Origin: a virus
Length of the DNA stretch: 64,000 nt
Strand: one strand, 5' to 3'
IMG/VR virus record: IMGVR_UViG_3300009128_000003
Location: 32,001-96,000 of that record
Below the pieces are notes generated by a model that saw only the letters and a program-made list of their open reading frames with translations, was not told where the DNA came from and made no database searches. Shown one piece after another: positions 56,182 through 64,000 of the stretch (the stretch's first letter is position 1; each line of letters opens with the position of its first letter). Both the position numbers and the translations under genes were made by a program.

Positions 56182-57183
56182 TTAACTAACGTTCCTGATA
56201 ATTCTAGCCGGCAATTGGATCACGGCAGATGTGTTGTTGCCGACAACGTAAACAACCGTATCTATATAATCGTAGGTGTCGGAGCCTCCGAATGGCGTGG
56301 CACTGATTACTCCATAATCATTATAAAGAGAGGATCTCGTGTCCGTGGATCCCAATTCGCTCACGGTGTTGAAGACCACGCCACCGATGGTCCCTTTGGG
56401 TCCGTTGAGGGCACTCCACTGAGAAGCCCCTGATGATGTGTCTGTTATCGCGTCGGTTATGCCGGGGACAGTAAAGTTGTTGTAATTGGCTAGACCCGTC
56501 GCGGCGACACCGCTGATGCTGCCAGCGCCTACGGATAGGTTTGCCACGAGATTATCCTCAAAATCGTTTGTAAAAGTGCTATTGGCGGCGAGTCCGGCGA
56601 CTGACGCGATAAAGCGACCGTCTACTTGAACCGTAAAACTGCTATCTACCATGTCGGTTGACACCAAAAACTTGCTGCGATTTGCCGCAGTAGATGCCAG
56701 CTTCGAGTTATTGATACCAGATTCGAACAAAATAATTCTACCGTCTCTCTGCGGCGTACCGGTGGCTTTTGAAATATACTTAGTATTGCCAATGCTGGTG
56801 GCGAGAGCTAGCTTGTTTGCTGTTGCTTGGTTGGTGGCAACATAATAAACACTTCCGGTCTTGAATACTGCCAGATCTGGAAGCAGTTCATTCATGTCAA
56901 TTGCTGGCATATAAAGTAGCTGGGTATTTGTGATAGACAGTAGACCATAGTTGATGTTAGAGTTCATCTGGGTAGTCGCCTCTAATACGGGCGTCTGAAG
57001 TATCTCTAAGTCATAGTATGCCGAGCCTGATGGGTGATTCTTGTTATAGGTTGTATAGTTGATTTCATCATCGCCTAGGGCAAATTTCGAAATGCCAAAG
57101 TTGCCGTTTGCCATTCGTTTGCGACCGGTCTCAGTTAATACTGCATCAAGTATGATGTCGCCGGAGTTATCCAAAAAAGCCAT
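56182..57183 (-). CDS. Virion structural protein, pair A member
   Basis: MAFLDNSGDIILDAVLTETGRKRM..KFALGDDEINY. Confidence 0.55.
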   Translation of the reverse strand: MAFLDNSGDIILDAVLTETGRKRMANGNFGISKFALGDDEINYTTYNKNHPSGSAYYDLEILQTPVLEATTQMNSNINYGLLSITNTQLLYMPAIDMNELLPDLAVFKTGSVYYVATNQATANKLALATSIGNTKYISKATGTPQRDGRIILFESGINNSKLASTAANRSKFLVSTDMVDSSFTVQVDGRFIASVAGLAANSTFTNDFEDNLVANLSVGAGSISGVAATGLANYNNFTVPGITDAITDTSSGASQWSALNGPKGTIGGVVFNTVSELGSTDTRSSLYNDYGVISATPFGGSDTYDYIDTVVYVVGNNTSAVIQLPARIIRNVS

Positions 57184-57203
57184 TTATTATTTCCTCTCTT
57201 TCA

Positions 57204-57211
57204 TAAATAGT
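57204..57211 (-). promoter_or_regulatory. Putative late promoter motif ACTATTTA
   Basis: Directly upstream of the 333-aa gene RBS. Confidence 0.55.
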
Positions 57212-57254
57212 TGGTATTTTGTTTGTTCTACTTATATAAGTACATTTCTTTGCT

Positions 57255-58283
57255 CTACGTACCGGCATATCTAGTGATCCTTATCGGTATTTGAAGCCGG
57301 GCGTTACTCGACAGCCCTTCAATGTATATAGTAGTATCAATATAATCGTACAAATTGCCGTCGCTAAAAAGATCGGAGCTTCTTGTACCAAAAATATAAT
57401 AGGAGTCGTCAGCGGTTGTTGTCGAGTCTCCACATAGTTCATTGAAAATGTTAAAATTAAGTGCTATTACTGTGCCGCGGGGACCTATGAGGGCTGAATT
57501 GGCATTCCTCACACTTGTGCCGGTACCGCTATTGCCGCCAAATATTTCAGTGTCTACTGCAGGAATCCTGTAACTCTCATAGTAATCTACGACTGGTGCT
57601 AATGATACTTTGATGTTCCTTTGTAGGGGTTCGAAGTTCATGTATAGATTATTGGAAGCGTCGGTCTTAAAATATGAACCTTGGGGTTGACTTAGGACGT
57701 TCTCAACAAATCTTGAATCGACAGAAATAATGAAGTATGAATCATATAGGTTCATCTGCGTCACATATCTTTCTTTTGCCAATTTGTCGTCTGGGATCGA
57801 TGTTGTCCCCAAAATGTTTATTCCTGACTCAATTAAAAGCTTGGTTTTCAACTCAGAATTGCTTTCTAAAATATATTTATCCGAAGCCAGCGCTGTACTC
57901 AACTTGAGTTTTTCTGTGGTTTCATCATTCACTGACAGATAGTATCTCCCCACTTTGTGATCCGGGTAGGGGGTTGCTGATTCTGCTACTCTGTCATGAT
58001 TTACAACAACCTCGGGCACGAAATAAATATCCAAACGTCCGTAATCTATAAGTCCGTGCAAAATTGCCGCGTTTTGTCCTGCAAACGCTTCCAAAACTGG
58101 AGTATTTTCGATGTTCGTCTGAGCGCTAAAGCTGTCTCCGGGCGCCCACAAGCCATAATCAATTTCGTCGTCTCCCATGGCGAATTTAGCAACTTTAAAG
58201 TCCCCTTGGACCATTCTTTTTCTGCCGATGTCGGTCAACACTGCGTCCAATATGATGGTGTATGATGTGTCCTGAAAAGCCAT
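57255..58283 (-). CDS. Virion structural protein, pair A member
   Basis: MAFQDTSYTIILDAVLTDIGRKRM..KFAMGDDEIDY; C-term YDYIDT shared with neighbour. Confidence 0.55.
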   Translation of the reverse strand: MAFQDTSYTIILDAVLTDIGRKRMVQGDFKVAKFAMGDDEIDYGLWAPGDSFSAQTNIENTPVLEAFAGQNAAILHGLIDYGRLDIYFVPEVVVNHDRVAESATPYPDHKVGRYYLSVNDETTEKLKLSTALASDKYILESNSELKTKLLIESGINILGTTSIPDDKLAKERYVTQMNLYDSYFIISVDSRFVENVLSQPQGSYFKTDASNNLYMNFEPLQRNIKVSLAPVVDYYESYRIPAVDTEIFGGNSGTGTSVRNANSALIGPRGTVIALNFNIFNELCGDSTTTADDSYYIFGTRSSDLFSDGNLYDYIDTTIYIEGLSSNARLQIPIRITRYAGT

Positions 58284-61060
58284 TAGTAGCTGCTCTCTCT
58301 TATTCTATATGTAATATTAAGATCTATTTTCTTGCCAGTTTTTTTAGAGGTTAGGCGCACTTTGAAGGGTGTGTCCCAGATCGTATCATCAACACCTGTT
58401 CCAATCTTTACGTTCTCCAATTGAGTTGATGCTTCTTGCTCATAGTCAACTTCGGAATCGTCCATAAATATGTGTCGGGCGTTCGGAATAATTCTCATTA
58501 ATTTTTTAAATGGTTCGGAAACTACCGCGTCATCAGACTGAGTGAGTTCTGTCTCATATAATACATTAAATTTGGAATATTTGTAGCCCCCATCATTAAC
58601 TAATTCTGCTACATGTATCGGCGATATAAGACCGCTGATTCCGTGTTCGTTTAGAAACCTAAATAAATAATAGTATTTCTTGTTGGCTCGTATTTTTTCT
58701 TCGTAGAAGCAATTGGTTTTTGTGCTTCCGTACATTGTTACCGATAGATCTTTGGTTGCAACGAGTTTTCCAGCAAAGTCCGAAATAGATGCGGGCTTCT
58801 TGTCGATCCTATAAACCTCTAAAGACGACGCTCTTGAAACTGAGCGGAATTGAGCATTTTCGGAATCCAGCAGGTTATACGAACGTAGATAATCTTGCTT
58901 ATATTGCTCCTCTTGTGTTGGATCTATGGACGTCGGAAAAAGAGATGGCGTGAACGACTCAAGGTTAGCATAAAATCCTATTATTTGAGAATCGTCCATC
59001 CTTTGGTAGGGTGTAATATCCGGCGCGGATGGCATGTGATCCAAAATTGTAATTGTCTTGCTCGCCACTTCCACTTCCATTATTTTCCACGAAGGCTCAA
59101 GACTTAGATAGAAATCTGCCATATACCTGTTTTCGCTTAGCACTTGTGCATTGGTACTAAATGCATTTGCGACAATAAGCGGGTTCTCATCAGCCGCCAC
59201 ATACAGTTGCGGGGATGCAGCACCATTTGACAAGTTAAAAAACTCTAGACAATGGTCGGCTCCTGTTGCAACTTGCACGAAGCTGTTGAAATAGTCTTCG
59301 CCATGTGCATGAGAAACAGCATCACGCGTCGCATCATTCTCGCCGAGGGCTTCCAACTCTAACCCAAGGGCTGACGCCACTTTTGATAATGTGTGATCTG
59401 CGTCGCCTATCAAACGAGTCCCCAATAGATTAGTATATCGATAGTTATAGCCCTTCACAAGCACATAAGCATATGTGGTATATGTATACGTCTCGCCGTA
59501 ACGAACTTGTGTGTCATAGTACGATACCCTGTTGGGGTGGGGGTTAGACAGAAAAACATTTTGAACGAAGGCTCCCCTAGTGGCGTTAGTTTTCGCTATT
59601 CTATATGCGAGAGTGTCCGCGGACACGGAGGCTTCTGCCATGGCTAAAAAGTCGACATAATTTATCGTGGATCCGCCGACACACGCTAATGGTTCCGAGT
59701 TCATTTCAGCGACTGCTGCGCTTAACACAGCAAACGCTGTTGTGCTTTTGGCGAAGCGGTAGGCGCCGTTAAAATTTCTTAGCATTAAAGTCTCTGGTGT
59801 CAAAGGCTCAAACAAATATTGATCGCTCAAAGCGCTAAAAGATGCCATATTGGCGCAATTAAGCAGGAATTCTAAGTAATCAACACTACGATATGATACA
59901 TTTCGTGTCTGCCCAAAGGGAATGATGGATCCGTCTACCAGCGCATCGTTCTCGATAAGTGCTGTGGTTGGGTAGTCTTCGACCGAGGTGGATTGGATAG
60001 CGGTCGATTCAAAGTGCGCACGGAGATTCGACAAAAACATATCCTCAAATCCTAAACCTGCAAAGGTGCTTCGCATGGTATTATCCCCGATAGCAGGAAT
60101 ATCCATCGAAACATAGAAGGGTGCCCTGTTCACTGCGTTATCCTCCATGACTGTCTGGTTATACTGTCCTTGTGCTTCCTCATTAAATAAAAAGTTCGAG
60201 AATCGACCGGTGATATAATCGAAAGTGGCGCCTGATAGCTCGCTGTTCGGGAGAGTGCCTGTCAAATAATCTCGCGCATTTCTAGTGGCGTCACGATAAA
60301 GGAAGGTGCCCCTGGGGAGATCAACCCCCGCTATTGACCTTGCGCTCATCACATAAGGTGGTGGGTAAGTCCCGAAGTAATCCTCAAGTATATCATGTGG
60401 ATCAACAGAGAGGCTGTTGCCGGCGGTGACAAAATCTGTAAGTTCTTCGTCAAAGTTATCAGTTTCATATTTTTGCCTATACATTTCTAAAATATAGAAA
60501 TTGGGGATCAGTAAATCACTGTCTAAACCTTGTACATAAGTTTCATATTGTGGATAGTAGTCTTGATAGTTACATTTTATGTCGTAATAATCATAGTCTG
60601 CATAGTTTTCCGGCGTTATGTTTTTTGCGTCGAGCTTCGAATATGGCACTTCCATCGTAAAATTGTGCGCGTCGAAGGTGCCGTTGGATAAGATTCCATC
60701 ATATGAAGATGTGCCATAAGTGCCTCCTGCCAAAATTGCAGCCCAGTGTACGTCATCCTTAACTATATCAGGGTTGCCAATTACGCGGACTGGAATCCTG
60801 TAGTTCGGCGCAATAGAATCAGCAGAAGCCGTGGTCCACGGCGCCTCGGGATGCATATCAAACTCACTTGAGTGTGCCGGCGTGACTGTCGTACCTGTGT
60901 CTGTGGAAGGTGTTTCGCTGTATATCAACGACGATCCATAGTCGGCTTCGTCTTCTGAAGACATTACGTGCCAATAACCACCGATCATATTCCTAGTCTT
61001 ATCTTGCGAGCCAGAGACAAGATTGGTGTCAATGGTCGTTATTTTAATGTATTCACTCAC
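58283..61060 (-). CDS. Large virion protein with Fn3/Ig-like segments (925 aa)
   Basis: YYDTQVRYGETYTY and YEEKIRANKKYYYLFR Fn3-like patterns. Confidence 0.5.
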   Translation of the reverse strand: MSEYIKITTIDTNLVSGSQDKTRNMIGGYWHVMSSEDEADYGSSLIYSETPSTDTGTTVTPAHSSEFDMHPEAPWTTASADSIAPNYRIPVRVIGNPDIVKDDVHWAAILAGGTYGTSSYDGILSNGTFDAHNFTMEVPYSKLDAKNITPENYADYDYYDIKCNYQDYYPQYETYVQGLDSDLLIPNFYILEMYRQKYETDNFDEELTDFVTAGNSLSVDPHDILEDYFGTYPPPYVMSARSIAGVDLPRGTFLYRDATRNARDYLTGTLPNSELSGATFDYITGRFSNFLFNEEAQGQYNQTVMEDNAVNRAPFYVSMDIPAIGDNTMRSTFAGLGFEDMFLSNLRAHFESTAIQSTSVEDYPTTALIENDALVDGSIIPFGQTRNVSYRSVDYLEFLLNCANMASFSALSDQYLFEPLTPETLMLRNFNGAYRFAKSTTAFAVLSAAVAEMNSEPLACVGGSTINYVDFLAMAEASVSADTLAYRIAKTNATRGAFVQNVFLSNPHPNRVSYYDTQVRYGETYTYTTYAYVLVKGYNYRYTNLLGTRLIGDADHTLSKVASALGLELEALGENDATRDAVSHAHGEDYFNSFVQVATGADHCLEFFNLSNGAASPQLYVAADENPLIVANAFSTNAQVLSENRYMADFYLSLEPSWKIMEVEVASKTITILDHMPSAPDITPYQRMDDSQIIGFYANLESFTPSLFPTSIDPTQEEQYKQDYLRSYNLLDSENAQFRSVSRASSLEVYRIDKKPASISDFAGKLVATKDLSVTMYGSTKTNCFYEEKIRANKKYYYLFRFLNEHGISGLISPIHVAELVNDGGYKYSKFNVLYETELTQSDDAVVSEPFKKLMRIIPNARHIFMDDSEVDYEQEASTQLENVKIGTGVDDTIWDTPFKVRLTSKKTGKKIDLNITYRIRESSY

Positions 61061-61818
61061 GCAGAACTCCCATAATCGGCGCCCATTCTTTCAAGTGACA
61101 GAGTTACATTCTGATCTCCTTCAGAAACTGCGAAAGCAGCCAAATTTGACGTTCTTAACATTAAAGATTTCGCTTTAGAAAAGTGGAGATCTCGACTGGG
61201 GAAAGTTTGGAGAACTTCTATCGCTAAAGAGCGCATTTTCTCGGATATTACTTCTTCAAAGGTGGAGCCCGGGACGCCACCAAATCTGTCTATCAAACCT
61301 TGCACTTCTTCGGGAGTATACTCCACCCTCCACTCATCAGCAGCCTCATAATAAGAAGGTGTCGGCGTTAGAAAAGTTGCCCCGCCGGATGAATCTTCGG
61401 CAGCAAAGTTTTGAACTGCGGCGACATTCCTAAACATTTCGTATTGGTACGCTTCGGTAAACGTTTGGGCGCCCATTATCTCATAATTGCAAATCCCAAT
61501 AGCTTCGTTGCCCAAACCCTGCAGGATTGTATCAAATTGATTTTCACCAGTCAGAGCTTCAGTAAATAGATCATCGGTTGCGTCCTGATTATACCAAACA
61601 GGCTCTACAGAATTCGGCTTAATAAGCCCATCACTATCGAGACTATTCGCAGTAACTGTAAATAAAAGGCAAAATTCGCTCTCTGGCACTACGGTCTTGC
61701 GGGATTGGTATCTCAGTTCAGTGCTGGGGTCGACAGCGACGTCGCGGAGAATGCCCTCCGAACTCCTTGGGGTGTAGCCGTCGCCACCACCGACTTCAGC
61801 TTCGTATTCACTAGTCAC
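61057..61818 (-). CDS. Hypothetical acidic protein (253 aa)
   Basis: GGAGG RBS, GTG start, GTGA overlap with next gene. Confidence 0.65.
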   Translation of the reverse strand: MTSEYEAEVGGGDGYTPRSSEGILRDVAVDPSTELRYQSRKTVVPESEFCLLFTVTANSLDSDGLIKPNSVEPVWYNQDATDDLFTEALTGENQFDTILQGLGNEAIGICNYEIMGAQTFTEAYQYEMFRNVAAVQNFAAEDSSGGATFLTPTPSYYEAADEWRVEYTPEEVQGLIDRFGGVPGSTFEEVISEKMRSLAIEVLQTFPSRDLHFSKAKSLMLRTSNLAAFAVSEGDQNVTLSLERMGADYGSSA

Positions 61819-61821
61819 TTC

Positions 61822-62403
61822 TTATGCCCCTCCGTATCTTGTAAAGTTTCTCAATGTGGGCTGACGTGGATCTTCGGTTATCTTATTCATGTCATAAGCT
61901 ATAGATATTAAATTCGGCACAGTTTCGGCTGACGCGATTGCTTCCATTTGAGTTTGTTTTCTTATGGGGGGCGCGTCATCGAGCACATATATAGGATCGT
62001 TTAAATTGGGAAACATCGGTCCTAATGTTATTTTTCTTTTTTGAATATTTGTATATTGTGACGGATTCAAAATATTTGGATTGTCTAACGTTTCCGTGTC
62101 CAGTTGAGATGCGATCAGCGAGAAATCTATTTTGTTTCGATTTGTGTGAGTTGTGAGTGAAATGCCGGCTATCTGTAGAACTCCGGATGCTAAATTTTGA
62201 ACGCTGACGTTCGGATTGCTGTTGTTTTTTAGTCCCGCCCGTTGCATTCGTTTGTTAATTTTTCTAATCGTCAATTGGTCAAAGTCGTGGGCTGGCGAAT
62301 AGACTTGACCGTCGATCACCTGAAGATTGTTAGCGTTCTTTATGCGCCGACGACTGCTTTTGCTTTGTAGGAGTCCGGAGCTTAAAGTTGTGGAGAGTCC
62401 CAT
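61822..62403 (-). CDS. Hypothetical protein (193 aa)
   Basis: AAGGA RBS; late-motif variant TCTATTTA at 62426-62433. Confidence 0.6.
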   Translation of the reverse strand: MGLSTTLSSGLLQSKSSRRRIKNANNLQVIDGQVYSPAHDFDQLTIRKINKRMQRAGLKNNSNPNVSVQNLASGVLQIAGISLTTHTNRNKIDFSLIASQLDTETLDNPNILNPSQYTNIQKRKITLGPMFPNLNDPIYVLDDAPPIRKQTQMEAIASAETVPNLISIAYDMNKITEDPRQPTLRNFTRYGGA

Positions 62404-62460
62404 TTAAAAAATTCCTTTTCAACAATAAATAGAAAGCTGTACAATTTATAAAACTTATTA

Positions 62461-64000
62461 TTAGGTGCCATATGGTGCAGTAAATTTATAACCGGCGAAG
62501 GTCCGCCAATCTGGTTCCGCCTCGATATTTTCCCACAAGCTCTGGTCCGCATCATAGAATGAGGATTTGGTCTTGCCAAAAAGTCCGCGGCGTGACGCAC
62601 CCTCGAAGGCATTGGTTCGCTTACAGCCGGCGCGTAAGACATAGTAATTATAACGACTGTCCGTTAGTTGTGCTTGATCGTCGATCTTCTGACCACTATT
62701 TTCTTCAGAACCCTCTATGTCGGCTCCACCGGTGCCGGGCTCTCCCGTAGGCACAGTGATTGTGGCAGTCGTGTAGATCAGTGGCGCGAGATCGCCGCCG
62801 TATGCGGTTCCGCCTTCAGTCGCGCGCGCATACCACATAATGGTATATGTAATGCCGGGATAAAGCCACACTGTGCGGTATTTTTCTGTGCTTGGTCTAC
62901 ATTTGTTACCATCGTAATCCCAATTACTATTATACAGGTAAATCCCGGTTGCGTCGGCTTTGTCGCGACCGTAAGGGGAGCATATTTGCTCCAGCGTGGC
63001 AGCGGTTGAGGCGGTGGCGTTTTCGCCATTGGGAAGCTCTTGAAGTCCGCCAACAGGCGTAATCCTAATGTATCCATCAGAATCGTGATCGGTGCTGTGC
63101 TTGGGGATCTGTTTAAATCCAAATGCCATCTTGACCATCTTTAGACCGCCGCGGGTGAACGGCGTCACGGCGCCGCCTTGGTCATCTTCTCCGAAGATAT
63201 CGTCAGGGTCGACGTCGCCCACGACCAGCTCGGTAGGCATGGTGCTAATTTGGGCACCAACCGGCATGTCGGTCTTCAATTCCGGGAGCGGAAAATATGT
63301 TTTTCCGGCGCCGCCGAAGATTGTGCGCGAGTTGCGCAACCCCTCAGCATGTGCTGGTAGTCCCTCTGGATTGGAGGGTTCATAGTTTATGTTGTATAGC
63401 TCTTCTATCTTCTCTCTAAACGTTTTTACGTCCTCCAATCTTCCTGTAGTTGGATTTATGCCTTCACTTTCGCGAATAGCAGCATCGATTATCTTATCGA
63501 AGCTTCCGCCAAATGCATCCGTTAGTAGATCAACATGAAAATAATATATAACTGGCGCCATAATCCATGGGGCTTGTTCAGGTTCCTCTGAGTTTTGTTG
63601 TTCCATGGCTGTCTGAAAAAATGTGTTGAAGTTGCCATCAACGTTGTTGTAGCTGCAAAATTCATATGCAGCATCATAATACTCAATGAACGTGTCTCTC
63701 ATTGACATATATTGAGAAATAAGCAAGTCATAGACGTCTTTCGTTTTATCTTCCACGACAACCGAGAACATCAAATAATCGTTGAAGGTTGGTTCATAGT
63801 CGTAATCAGTGCGCTGGTTTTTTGATAACTCTTGGAACTCAAATGCCATGAGGCGGTACGGCTCTCCGTCGATTGTTAGCTTATCGAAAAAATCAAAATT
63901 CCTTATGAAATCGTGAGTCGTGTGTGTGGTGCCGGCGGTTACCCCAAATATCTCGACATCATCTTCTACGCCGTCGATATTTTCCCGTAAGAAATGAGGC
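62461..64000 (-). CDS. Large hypothetical (probably virion) protein, 5' end outside window
   Basis: Frame stays open upstream of the track's ATG at 63849 to the window edge (..FDFFDKLTIDGEPYRLMAFEFQE). Confidence 0.65.
   Translation of the reverse strand, partial: PHFLRENIDGVEDDVEIFGVTAGTTHTTHDFIRNFDFFDKLTIDGEPYRLMAFEFQELSKNQRTDYDYEPTFNDYLMFSVVVEDKTKDVYDLLISQYMSMRDTFIEYYDAAYEFCSYNNVDGNFNTFFQTAMEQQNSEEPEQAPWIMAPVIYYFHVDLLTDAFGGSFDKIIDAAIRESEGINPTTGRLEDVKTFREKIEELYNINYEPSNPEGLPAHAEGLRNSRTIFGGAGKTYFPLPELKTDMPVGAQISTMPTELVVGDVDPDDIFGEDDQGGAVTPFTRGGLKMVKMAFGFKQIPKHSTDHDSDGYIRITPVGGLQELPNGENATASTAATLEQICSPYGRDKADATGIYLYNSNWDYDGNKCRPSTEKYRTVWLYPGITYTIMWYARATEGGTAYGGDLAPLIYTTATITVPTGEPGTGGADIEGSEENSGQKIDDQAQLTDSRYNYYVLRAGCKRTNAFEGASRRGLFGKTKSSFYDADQSLWENIEAEPDWRTFAGYKFTAPYGT

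Noticed and set aside
173-63385. Plus-strand ORFs in the track
   Set aside because: Nearly all are antisense shadows of minus-strand genes, with no recognisable motifs.
1-64000. tRNA, rRNA, integrase or transposase genes
   Set aside because: None recognised by eye and intergenic gaps are short; tRNAscan/Infernal not run.

Overview
64 kb segment of a large, T4-like (gp17/gp20/gp21/gp22/gp23/gp18/gp19-type) contractile-tailed phage genome, with every credible gene on the minus strand. In the direction of transcription (64000 to 1) the order is: baseplate/virion genes; HExxH protein, RuvC-like resolvase, FKBP PPIase, primase; a small-gene cluster; a single-chain Mre11-Rad50 (gp47-gp46) fusion; a second small-gene cluster with a ParB/Srx-domain protein and a tubulin/FtsZ-family GTPase; holin and spanin-like genes; terminase, portal, prohead protease; ribosomal protein bS21; fibre/decoration genes; scaffold and major capsid; neck, sheath, tube, frameshifted tail chaperone, tape measure and baseplate hub. 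The best candidate for an undescribed system is a set of about 14 otherwise unrelated proteins that carry one or more of four short shared peptide tags. Three are N-terminal leaders ending at T4-type prohead-protease-like sites (I/L/V-x-E); the fourth copies the scaffold's C-terminal helix. This suggests a modular capsid-addressing code that loads a protein cargo (including a pre-toxin-like and a ParB-like protein) for injection. The window also shows a two-tier promoter layout: three sigma70 promoters on DNA-metabolism/chaperone genes and a recurring ACTAHTTA motif ahead of virion genes. All product names come from motif recognition and gene order, not database searches.
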